From an uncultured Fidelibacterota bacterium (GTDB lineage Bacteria > Fidelibacterota > UBA8477 > JABMPR01), in assembly GCA_937888365.1 (NCBI GenBank), contig CALBFA010000041.1, positions 1,689-65,688 on the forward strand: DNA of 64,000 nt, written 5' to 3'. Numbering within the stretch: position 1 is the first letter of the stretch; each line of letters starts with the position of its first letter. The notes below the pieces were generated by a model. That model searched no databases and had not been told where the DNA came from. It saw only the letters and a list, made by a program, of their open reading frames with translations. Made by a program: the position numbers and the translations under genes. Shown here in pieces: positions 9,079 through 17,617 of this stretch.

Positions 9079-9131
9079 GAAAATAAACCTAAAATGCCTG
9101 CACCAAATTTTGGCGTGTTGCAGGTTTAAGG
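9079..9131 (+). repeat. 53-bp direct repeat copy 2; lies within mini-ORF 9076-9129 MENKPKMPAPNFGVLQV
   Basis: gaaaataaacctaaaatgcctgcaccaaattttggcgtgttgcaggtttaagg. Confidence 0.9.
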
Positions 9132-9232
9132 GGAAAACGAAAATCTCATTGATTAAACAGTTACTTAGAACAGAGTCGAAGCGTAATATTTACCCGCTAG
9201 GGAAAGTGAGAAGTCATACTGTTTTTAATATA

Positions 9233-9260
9233 TTGACTACGAATAATATTCTGTTAGTAT
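9233..9260 (+). promoter_or_regulatory. Putative sigma70 promoter for RNA + abi unit
   Basis: TTGACT-16 bp-TAGTAT with an extended -10 TG. Confidence 0.55.
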
Positions 9261-9270
9261 CTAAGGTAAT

Positions 9271-9324
9271 AAGACTTGCCACGCTTCTCGTTAGATCAGC
9301 GCACCCGGGCAAGTTTTCTTTTTA
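9271..9324 (+). ncRNA. Structured RNA upstream of Abi gene (candidate abiF-type RNA antitoxin)
   Basis: aagacttgcc/ggcaagtttt outer stem, cgct/agcg and tct-cgtt-aga inner stems, U-rich tail. Confidence 0.55.
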
Positions 9325-9333
9325 TATAGCCTT

Positions 9334-10236
9334 ATGAGATATCGAAAACCTCCTCTATCAATAGCTGAACAGGTCAATACTTTGAAAAGTAGAGGTCTTA
9401 TTATTTCAGATGAGAAAAGGGCAAAACATTATCTGTCCTATATCAGTTTGTATCGTTTTAGAGCATATAAATTCGCGTATCAAGATAATAGCAATCCTAA
9501 GCATCCATTTTACCCAGAGAGTACTTTCGAGAAGGTATTAAACACCTATTTATTTGATAGAAAGCTACGCGTCCTTGTTTTTGATGCTCTTGAGAGAATT
9601 GAAATTGCATTCAGAGCACAAATTATTCATATCTATTCCATAAAACATGGAGCTAACTGGTTTGAGAATGCGTTATTATTCCGTAAACAGCATTTATTTG
9701 AACGTGATACAACATTGATTGACAAAGAACTTAGGCGGTCTAACGAAGTCTTTATTAAGCATTATAAAAAAACCTATACAGACCCTGTACAACCCCCAGC
9801 ATGGATGACTCTAGAGGTAACAGGTTTGGGGTTGTTGTCCAAAATTTTTGAAAATTTAAAAATTAGTAATGAGAAAAAAACTATTGCAAGAAACTTTAAT
9901 TTAGGACACCCATTTATACTTGAAAATTGGATGCATTCTTTAACAGTGATTCGAAATATCTGTGCTCACCATGGGCGACTTTGGAATAGGGAAAGTACCG
10001 CTAGAATGACATTCCCAAATAATACCCGAGATGTTTGGCTTAGCAATAGCGATATTCATAAAGGGAAAATGTTCCTCGTTTTAAGCAGTATTCTTCACCT
10101 GTTAAATACAATTATTCTAGGTAATCATTTTAAAGAAAAACTCATAGCACTTATAAAAGAACACCCCGATATTTCTTTGAGACAAATGGGGTTTCCAAAT
10201 GGTTGGGAAAATGAAAATCTTTGGCTCAACAAATAA
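9334..10236 (+). CDS. Abi family (Abi_2, AbiD/AbiF-like) HEPN RNase
   Basis: KPPLSIAEQV..LKSRGL, Y.FDRKLR, ERIEIAFR, PPAW, HEPN RxxxxH motif RNICAH. Confidence 0.9.
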   Translation: MRYRKPPLSIAEQVNTLKSRGLIISDEKRAKHYLSYISLYRFRAYKFAYQDNSNPKHPFYPESTFEKVLNTYLFDRKLRVLVFDALERIEIAFRAQIIHIYSIKHGANWFENALLFRKQHLFERDTTLIDKELRRSNEVFIKHYKKTYTDPVQPPAWMTLEVTGLGLLSKIFENLKISNEKKTIARNFNLGHPFILENWMHSLTVIRNICAHHGRLWNRESTARMTFPNNTRDVWLSNSDIHKGKMFLVLSSILHLLNTIILGNHFKEKLIALIKEHPDISLRQMGFPNGWENENLWLNK

Positions 10237-10334
10237 AAAAATTGGTATTGTTAGATCTTTTGAATAACTAGGAGTACATAAGGCACTATAGTTGCGTTTA
10301 TTTATTTAATGAATTTTAAGGAGAAAAAATAAAT

Positions 10335-11699
10335 ATGTCAAATCGAATTGTACGAATTGCAAATGGTCAAGGATTCTGGGGCGATAGTATTGAAGCGCCT
10401 GTCCAACTTGTAGAAGGTGGAGGCATTGATTATCTGACGCTGGATTATCTAGCAGAAGTCACAATGTCTATCATGCAGCGTCAAAAAGAGAAAAATCCCG
10501 AGGCGGGGTATGCGCGGGACTTTGTGGAACTTATCGATAGGATTTTACCTCAGTTGATGGAAAAAAATATTAAAGTCATCGCGAATGCTGGCGGCGTCAA
10601 TTCACCCGCCGCAGCAAAGGCTTTGCTGAAAGTCGCTGAAAAGCATAATATCAGTGGCTTGAAAATTGGTATTATTGTAGGCGACGATATCCTGTATTCA
10701 ATTGATGACTTACAGGCAAAAGGAGCAACCTTCGCGAATATGGAGAATGGTGAGAACTTTAGCGACATCAAAGATAAAGTCAAATCGGCCAACGTTTATA
10801 TCGGTGCAGAGCCCATTGCAAAAGCTTTGGATATGGGCGCGCATATTGTCCTGGCGGGTCGCGTTACTGATCCAGCGCTCGCGTTGGGGCCGATGATTCA
10901 TGAATTTGGATGGAAAATGGACGATTTTCATCGCTTGGCCATGGGAACCCTTGCGGGACACATCACCGAATGTGGCGCTCAATGTACAGGCGGAAATTAC
11001 TCTCGCTGGTGGGACATTAAAGATTATGCTGGAATCGGTTATCCTGTCATTGAAATCGAGGAAAGCGGCGAGTTCGTCATCACAAAACAAAAAGGTACAG
11101 GCGGTATTGTTAATTTGATGTCTATTTCGGAGCAATTGCTTTACGAAATGGGCGATCCCAATAATTATATTTCTCCTGATGTAGTCGTCGATTTTACGGG
11201 TGTTAAAATTAAGGAAGACGGCGAGAATCGCGTGAAAGCAATGGATGTTAATGGCATCGAACCCACCGAATTTTACAAGGTATCGCTAAGTTATTTTGCG
11301 GGCTATAAAGCTTCGGGACAATTAACAGTTTCGGGACCGCGCGCCCTTGATAAAGCGAAATTAGTCGCCGAAATTATCTGGGAACGCCTTAAACGAGCAG
11401 GGTATTCTTTCGAAGAAACATCCACCGAGTTCTTAGGAGTATCGCCTTGCGACATGGAGCATCCACCCAAAGAGTTTGAAGTGAATGGCATTGTCTTGCG
11501 CTTAGGCGTACGTGACGAAGATCGTGACAAAGTCGTCCGGTTTAGCAAAGAAATCGCTCCCGTCATCACGAGCGGTCCGCCAGGAATAACGGGTTTTGCA
11601 GGCGGACGTCCGAAACCTCAAGAAATTATCGCATATTGGCCAGCGTTGATTCCCAAAACTTTGATTAAAACATCTGTCCATATTGTGGAGGAAAAATGA
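10335..11699 (+). CDS. AtuA-like (acyclic terpene utilisation, DUF1446) protein
   Basis: GFWGDS, DYLAEVTM, NAGGVN, GRVTD, GHITECGAQCTGGN. Confidence 0.85.
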   Translation: MSNRIVRIANGQGFWGDSIEAPVQLVEGGGIDYLTLDYLAEVTMSIMQRQKEKNPEAGYARDFVELIDRILPQLMEKNIKVIANAGGVNSPAAAKALLKVAEKHNISGLKIGIIVGDDILYSIDDLQAKGATFANMENGENFSDIKDKVKSANVYIGAEPIAKALDMGAHIVLAGRVTDPALALGPMIHEFGWKMDDFHRLAMGTLAGHITECGAQCTGGNYSRWWDIKDYAGIGYPVIEIEESGEFVITKQKGTGGIVNLMSISEQLLYEMGDPNNYISPDVVVDFTGVKIKEDGENRVKAMDVNGIEPTEFYKVSLSYFAGYKASGQLTVSGPRALDKAKLVAEIIWERLKRAGYSFEETSTEFLGVSPCDMEHPPKEFEVNGIVLRLGVRDEDRDKVVRFSKEIAPVITSGPPGITGFAGGRPKPQEIIAYWPALIPKTLIKTSVHIVEEK

Positions 11700-12016
11700 A
11701 AACCGTAAAATTGTACGACATTGCTCACGCTCGATCTGGAGACAAAGGACCAAATTCGAATACAGGTGTTATCTTTTATAAAAAATCAGATTATGAATTT
11801 GTAAAATCCCAATTAACGACTGAAAAGATTAAGGCACATTTTGGTGGCATCGTTCGAGGCGAGATTATTAAATATGAATTGCCTAATTTGAATGCGTTGA
11901 ATTTTATTCTTAAAGATTCATTGGGCGGCGGGGGGTCCGAATCGCTTATTAATGATGCTCAAGGCAAAACGCATGGACAAATGATGCTCATGATGGATGT
12001 CGAGATTGAGGAATAA
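11696..12016 (+). CDS. AtuA C-terminal ferredoxin-fold-like small protein
   Basis: AHARSGDKG...YELPNLNALNF...LGGGG..SL..DAQGK; ATGA overlap with upstream gene. Confidence 0.8.
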   Translation: MKTVKLYDIAHARSGDKGPNSNTGVIFYKKSDYEFVKSQLTTEKIKAHFGGIVRGEIIKYELPNLNALNFILKDSLGGGGSESLINDAQGKTHGQMMLMMDVEIEE

Positions 12017-12035
12017 TTAAAAAGTATGTGGAAGT

Positions 12036-12053
12036 CCACGACTTAAGTTGTGG
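12036..12053. repeat. REP-like palindrome CCACGACTTAAGTTGTGG
   Basis: 18-bp palindrome with one G-T mismatch in an intergenic spacer. Confidence 0.5.
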
Positions 12054-12095
12054 GTTGCTTTAATAAACTACTAAGTAAAGAAAAGTATAAAACGT

Positions 12096-12881
12096 ATGAC
12101 TAAGCATAAATTCAAATTTCTAAAACTCGATTTTCATGAACATAAAATCCGTGTCCTTCTCAATCGTCCACCTGTCAATGCGCTGAGCATTACCATGATT
12201 GAAGAGCTTCGGCAATGCGCCGAATGGATTTCAGGAGAATCGAACATTTGGCTCGTTTCGTTGTCATCATCAGGGAAAATCTTTTGCGCTGGAGCCGATT
12301 TAAAAGAGCGCGTGACTATTCCTGAAGACAAAATCGACGAAGTTGTGCATGGGATTCGAACTATGACAAAAGCATGGGCTAATTTGCCTCAAGTTGTCCT
12401 TATGGGCATTAATGGAATGGCGTTCGGCGGAGGTTTGGAGCTTGCATTGGCAGGTGATCTTATCGCAATCAATGAAAATGCCCTCATCGGATTACCCGAA
12501 ACATCTCTGGGTATTATCCCTGGCGCAGGTGGAACGCAACGACTTTCCAGACGAACGACGTTAGCCACAGCGAAGAAATGGATTTTTACAGCCAGTAAAT
12601 TCGAGGCAAACGAAGCGCTCAAAGATGGCGTTGTAGATTTCGTATTCCCTGGAGCGACATTTGAAAATGATTTCGACGGACTCATCGATAGGGTTTTTAA
12701 TAATGCACCTCAAGCATTAAAAGCGGCAAAATTCGCATTAAATAGAGGGTTCGATACAGACATCAAAACAGGATTGGACATCGAAAGAGAAGCCTACAAA
12801 TCATTGATTCAAACGGAAGACAGAGTAGAAGCACTACGCGCATTTAAAGAAAAAAGGAAAGCTAACTGGTCGGGTCGCTAA
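12096..12881 (+). CDS. Enoyl-CoA hydratase/isomerase (methylglutaconyl-CoA hydratase-like)
   Basis: FCAGADLKER, GGGLELALA, LPETSLGIIPGAGGTQRL. Confidence 0.9.
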   Translation: MTKHKFKFLKLDFHEHKIRVLLNRPPVNALSITMIEELRQCAEWISGESNIWLVSLSSSGKIFCAGADLKERVTIPEDKIDEVVHGIRTMTKAWANLPQVVLMGINGMAFGGGLELALAGDLIAINENALIGLPETSLGIIPGAGGTQRLSRRTTLATAKKWIFTASKFEANEALKDGVVDFVFPGATFENDFDGLIDRVFNNAPQALKAAKFALNRGFDTDIKTGLDIEREAYKSLIQTEDRVEALRAFKEKRKANWSGR

Positions 12882-12884
12882 GTT

Positions 12885-13424
12885 ATGAAACCACTATTTA
12901 AAACAATTTATCATTGGAGTTTGGATAAAAAACAGACTCGCAATGTGTTTGCGGCTTTCATATTATTTACGATTGTATTGCATTTTATGGATACGATGAT
13001 TCGTTTAAACACAGGCGGTTGGGGCATTGTCGATATGCAACTCTCATTTAAGGCTGAAAAATTTTATATGATTTTAGAGAAGATGCGAATCTCTGGACTC
13101 GGGCTCGTTTTCATGAGTTTCGCCATCGACTTTATTTACCCAATCATCTATGCTGTTGCGCTTATTATGTTAATGATGAAAGCCATCACCGAATCTGAAA
13201 ATGATGTTTTAAATTGGAAATTCAAAATTCCCTTTTTTATCGCTGGACTTGACTATGTCGAAAATATTTCGCATCTGTCTTTAATTAAATTGTCGCCACA
13301 ACAATTTCCTGATGTCGTTCTTGTTACATCATGGATTGCCTCAATAAAATGGAGTTTTGCAATATTACTTCTACTTTGGTCTATAATTTCTTATAGTTTA
13401 AAGAAGATGGATGCGCAGAAATAA
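12885..13424 (+). CDS. Hypothetical membrane protein
   Basis: About four hydrophobic segments; DFIYPIIY, DYVEN, IKW motifs. Confidence 0.7.
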   Translation: MKPLFKTIYHWSLDKKQTRNVFAAFILFTIVLHFMDTMIRLNTGGWGIVDMQLSFKAEKFYMILEKMRISGLGLVFMSFAIDFIYPIIYAVALIMLMMKAITESENDVLNWKFKIPFFIAGLDYVENISHLSLIKLSPQQFPDVVLVTSWIASIKWSFAILLLLWSIISYSLKKMDAQK

Positions 13425-13438
13425 GAAGGAGTTTTATT

Positions 13439-14038
13439 ATGATTGAAAGACGGATTAAACCCGACCCAAACTATTACACCGCTCAACGTTATATTCTTAC
13501 GGTAGTCTCTCTAGTACTCGTTTTAATGGCATCAATTGCCCACTTTATAATTTACCTGACAGTTGCCCGACAAGAGCCATTAATTATTATTTGGAGTTTT
13601 GCGTTTGTAATAATTTTTATTCTATGGATTGTTATATATCCGCTTATCCGCTTGTGGATTAATAATTTGGAATACATTATTTTTGATGACAGAATCACGA
13701 TTCATAAAGGGATTTTAACGAAAACGGAGCAAAATATTCCCCATCGTTCTGTCACCGATTTTATTCTAAAAAGAGGTCCTTTTGACAGGATGCTTGGAAT
13801 CGGGACAATCAGCATCCAAACGGCGGGACAATCGGCTCCAGCGAGTACGTACGAAGGGAATCTTGCTGGGATTTTAAACTATGCATCATTGCATCAGGAT
13901 TTAAAAGAACGAATGCGATCGATACATTCGCAAGACGAGTTTACGAAACAAACGGAATCCGTCGAATCAACCGACAATCAAGTCCTTTCTCAAATTTTGG
14001 AAGAAATAAAAGACTTACATAACGATTTAAAGGATTAA
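13439..14038 (+). CDS. Bacterial PH-domain (bPH_2) membrane protein
   Basis: Two TM segments followed by I.KGIL...RGPFDRMLGIGTISIQTAG. Confidence 0.8.
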   Translation: MIERRIKPDPNYYTAQRYILTVVSLVLVLMASIAHFIIYLTVARQEPLIIIWSFAFVIIFILWIVIYPLIRLWINNLEYIIFDDRITIHKGILTKTEQNIPHRSVTDFILKRGPFDRMLGIGTISIQTAGQSAPASTYEGNLAGILNYASLHQDLKERMRSIHSQDEFTKQTESVESTDNQVLSQILEEIKDLHNDLKD

Positions 14039-14110
14039 TCCTCTATACAAGAATATTTCGACTATACTAAAATTTCATTGTTATAGTCATCAAATAAGGA
14101 GTAGAAATAA

Positions 14111-14956
14111 ATGATAGATTGGTGGCAACATTTGCCCTCTCATATGGATCCGACGATTTTTACAATCGGAAATTTTCCCCTCAGGTGGTATGGCACGATG
14201 TACATTCTTGCGTTTTTTACATCATTTTTGGTAGTTTCCTATATTATAAAAAAAGAGAAATTACCCTACAATGCTGATTTTATTAGTGATGCCTTTACCT
14301 GGGGAATTATCGGCGTTTTGTTAGGTGGACGCTTTGGATATGTCCTTTTCTATGGATTTGATAGTTTTATTCATGACCCAATTTCTATCATTATGCCGTT
14401 TAAAAAAATATATGGCGAATGGCGATTTACAGGTATTTCAGGTATGTCCTACCATGGCGGCGTTTCTGGTGTGATGATCGCTTGGGCTCTCTATGCTCGG
14501 AAACACAAGATGCCTTTTCTTAAATTAACAGATTTATTTGTCGCTGGGAATGCGCTGGGATTTACTTGGGGTCGCATCGGGAATTTTATCAATGGCGAAT
14601 TGTATGGCCGCATTACGAACAGTTCAATCGGAATGTATTTTCCCAATGCGGGTGATGGCTTATTGCGCCACCCAAGCCAACTTTACGAAGGCTTTTTTGA
14701 AGGATTTGCATTGTTTGTCATACTCTGGTTTGTGCGTAAAAAAATTACATCGACAGGCTTTTTAAGTGGTTTATATATTTTTGGATATGGTTTTTTTAGG
14801 TTCTTTATCGAATATTTCCGACAACCTGATGCTCATTTAGGATTTGTATTTATGAACTTTTCCATGGGTCAAATGCTTTGCTTGGCGATGATGATGGGTG
14901 CCGTTATTATTTGGATCTATTCCAAAAAGGAATATGGATTGACGATTCAAAAATGA
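14111..14956 (+). CDS. lgt: Prolipoprotein diacylglyceryl transferase
   Basis: RWYG, GGRFGYVLFY, GMSYHGG, GRIGNFINGELYGR, HPSQLYE. Confidence 0.97.
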   Translation: MIDWWQHLPSHMDPTIFTIGNFPLRWYGTMYILAFFTSFLVVSYIIKKEKLPYNADFISDAFTWGIIGVLLGGRFGYVLFYGFDSFIHDPISIIMPFKKIYGEWRFTGISGMSYHGGVSGVMIAWALYARKHKMPFLKLTDLFVAGNALGFTWGRIGNFINGELYGRITNSSIGMYFPNAGDGLLRHPSQLYEGFFEGFALFVILWFVRKKITSTGFLSGLYIFGYGFFRFFIEYFRQPDAHLGFVFMNFSMGQMLCLAMMMGAVIIWIYSKKEYGLTIQK

Positions 14957-16695
14957 CTTTATTAATATCGTCTATCATTGCGCTGATAATAGGACCTGTC
15001 ATTGCACAACTTTTTCGATCTAAAGAATATTTCAAGGATTTATTAGATGGCTTCATTCTCACAAGTATTGGAGGATTAATCCTATGGCATCTATTACCAG
15101 AAGCTTTTGAAGAAATTGGTCTATGGGCCATTTTGATTTTTTTGCTTGGTGCAGTATTACCGGGTCTATTGGAAAGAGGCTACCACAATCTCGAAAGATC
15201 CGCCCATTTAATGGCCGTGTTGATGGCTTTGGGCGGTATTTTTACGCATACTATACTGGACGGAATAGCGTTTTCGAAAGCCTCGGTTGTGCATGGAAGT
15301 GGACAACAATTGGCGTTCGCCGTGATTGCACATCGCTTACCTGTTGGACTTTTGATTTATTGGGCCATTAAACCTTTCTGGGGTTACAAAGGTATTTTCA
15401 ATGTGCTTCTGGTTATGTCGTTGGGAACCATCCTGGGCTATTCTATTTTCACCTTCGATGTTATGCAAGGAAGCCATGGGATTATTGGATATTTTCAAGC
15501 CCTCGTAACGGGATCGCTGTTTCATGTCGTTATTCATAAACCTTTTCATTCACATGGAAGTCATGAAAATCACTCAGAAAACGAAGATGAACATCATAGT
15601 AAATTGGCTGAAATCATTGGTGGATTACTGGGTTTAGGGATTCTTTATTTAATATCCATCAACTTGCATGTGGTCGAAGAACATAAAGCACACACATTTT
15701 TCCCCCTGTTTTCGCAATTATTTCTCAAAAGTTCGCCAGCATTGTTAGTTGGATTTTCGTTTGCGGCATTTTTAGGCGCGTTTGTTTCACCAAAAAGTTT
15801 TTCCTGGCTGACAAAAGGCAAAACCATTACGAGAATTTTAAAAGGTGTTGGTATTGGTTTACCACTGCCTATTTGTTCCTGTGGCGTTATACCCCTCTAC
15901 AAAAGTTTAATCAAACGCGGCGTCCCAATCGGTGCTGCCATGGCATTTTTAATTGCGACACCCGAATTAGGTATCGATGCATTTTTTCTGAGTCTTCCTT
16001 TGTTAGGCGTTAAAATGGCCTTCGCCCGTATTTTTGCGGCATTTTTCGTGGCTGTATTTGTTGGATGGCTTATGGAAAAATTATTCCCTAATGGCTCCAT
16101 GATTGAAATGCCTCTAATAGGTAATCAGAAACAAGTGGCTGAGTCAAAATTTCGTAAGTTTTGGCGCATATTTAATTTTGAACTTATGGACGAACTTATC
16201 CCATGGATTTTATTCGGTCTCGTATTAGCCACCGTTGCTGATCCGTTGTTAGAGCATATTGATTGGAAAAATATACCAAATGGTTTGGATGTTGTTTTGA
16301 TGACATTGATTGGTATGCCACTTTATATTTGTGCCAGTGGCGCAACACCTCTTGCAGCTGTTTTTCTCTGGAATGGTGTTTCGCCAGGTGCTATTTTGGC
16401 TTTTTTAATTACAGGTCCTGCTACGAATATCACGACATTTGGCGTACTTAAAAATATCCATGGACGCAAAATCGCTACCGTTTTTCCTATCATCATTGTC
16501 GTAACGGCAATTGCTATCGGGCTTTTTGTGAATGCCACAGTTAGTTTTGATGCGATGAAACCTATTATGATTGAGGAACAAACCAATTCATGGATAGAAT
16601 ATGCAAGTGCCTTTGTTCTGACGCTTTTTATTTTAGGTTCTCTAAAACGTTTGGGATTCCGCGGTATGACGGATTCCATTTTAGAAATGAACTAG
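14953..16695 (+). CDS. Metal permease: N-terminal ZIP-like domain + ArsP/SO_0444-family permease
   Basis: HLLPEA, HTILDG, AHRLP (ZIP-like); His-rich linker; LPICSCGVIP, AFLIATP, PLYICASGATP, FLITGPATN. Confidence 0.75.
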   Translation: MTLLISSIIALIIGPVIAQLFRSKEYFKDLLDGFILTSIGGLILWHLLPEAFEEIGLWAILIFLLGAVLPGLLERGYHNLERSAHLMAVLMALGGIFTHTILDGIAFSKASVVHGSGQQLAFAVIAHRLPVGLLIYWAIKPFWGYKGIFNVLLVMSLGTILGYSIFTFDVMQGSHGIIGYFQALVTGSLFHVVIHKPFHSHGSHENHSENEDEHHSKLAEIIGGLLGLGILYLISINLHVVEEHKAHTFFPLFSQLFLKSSPALLVGFSFAAFLGAFVSPKSFSWLTKGKTITRILKGVGIGLPLPICSCGVIPLYKSLIKRGVPIGAAMAFLIATPELGIDAFFLSLPLLGVKMAFARIFAAFFVAVFVGWLMEKLFPNGSMIEMPLIGNQKQVAESKFRKFWRIFNFELMDELIPWILFGLVLATVADPLLEHIDWKNIPNGLDVVLMTLIGMPLYICASGATPLAAVFLWNGVSPGAILAFLITGPATNITTFGVLKNIHGRKIATVFPIIIVVTAIAIGLFVNATVSFDAMKPIMIEEQTNSWIEYASAFVLTLFILGSLKRLGFRGMTDSILEMN

Positions 16696-16705
16696 GAGAA
16701 TTGAG

Positions 16706-17611
16706 ATGAGAATACTTTTACTCGGCGGCGGTTCTTCAGGCGAACACAACGTCTCTCGAAAATCTGCCGCTGCTATGGAAAAAGGATTGTCCCAAGCCGG
16801 ACATCAAGTCGATTTAGTCATCATAAAAAATGAAAAAGAAGCGCTACAACTGTGGGATTCAAGAGATTATGATTTCATGATGCTGGGACTTCACGGAAAA
16901 AATTCGGAAGATGGCTATTTGCAAAACCTTTTAGAATCGCGCGGTATTCCGTTTTCAGGCGCGAGTTCTGTCTCGAGCAAAAATGCTTTTTTTAAATCCA
17001 AAACGAAACAGATGATGCGGAAATCTGGAATTTTAACGGCAGATTGGGAACTTTTTAAACACGTACCTGGTGAGGATTTGCCCATAACCAAATTATCGAT
17101 ACCATATGTCATTAAACCTGACAATGATGGATCCACACTTGGTTTAAGTATTATCAAAAATGAAGAATCACTGACAAATGCAAAAGCAATATCAGGGGAA
17201 TACGAATATTTACTCTACGAAAAATTTATTTTTGGAAGAGAATTAACGGTTTCAGTAATTGGCCAACACGCCTTACCAATCGTTGAAATTTTTCCAGGGC
17301 ATGAACTTTATGACTATGAATCAAAATATACGTCTGGAATGAGTCAGTATGTTTGCCCGGCGGATTTATCGGATGACATCACTGAAGACATTCAAAAAAT
17401 CGCACTAAAAGTGATGAAAGCGGTTGGTGTTGAAGTTTATGGTCGTGTCGATTTCCGACTTGATGAAGAGAACAATGCCTATTGTTTAGAAGTAAATACG
17501 CTCCCTGGCATGACAGAGACATCATTATTCCCGAAAGCAGCGAAAGCCCATGGCATGAGTTTTAGTGATTTATTAGACGAGATTGTAACCTTAAGTTTAG
17601 AAAAGTCATAA
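16706..17611 (+). CDS. ddl: D-alanine--D-alanine ligase
   Basis: GG.S.EHNVS, LHG...EDG, YDYESKY, RVDF, EVNTLPGMT. Confidence 0.95.
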   Translation: MRILLLGGGSSGEHNVSRKSAAAMEKGLSQAGHQVDLVIIKNEKEALQLWDSRDYDFMMLGLHGKNSEDGYLQNLLESRGIPFSGASSVSSKNAFFKSKTKQMMRKSGILTADWELFKHVPGEDLPITKLSIPYVIKPDNDGSTLGLSIIKNEESLTNAKAISGEYEYLLYEKFIFGRELTVSVIGQHALPIVEIFPGHELYDYESKYTSGMSQYVCPADLSDDITEDIQKIALKVMKAVGVEVYGRVDFRLDEENNAYCLEVNTLPGMTETSLFPKAAKAHGMSFSDLLDEIVTLSLEKS

Positions 17612-17617
17612 CAAAAG

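Noticed and set aside
9110..9337. 75-aa ORF between the AlbA and Abi genes
   Set aside because: It starts inside the direct repeat, spans the promoter and structured RNA, and has no recognisable motif; likely spurious.
11696..12016. Frameshifted or pseudogenised atuA
   Set aside because: Clean ATGA coupling with a GGAGG RBS; a split two-gene form is plausible and both parts look intact.
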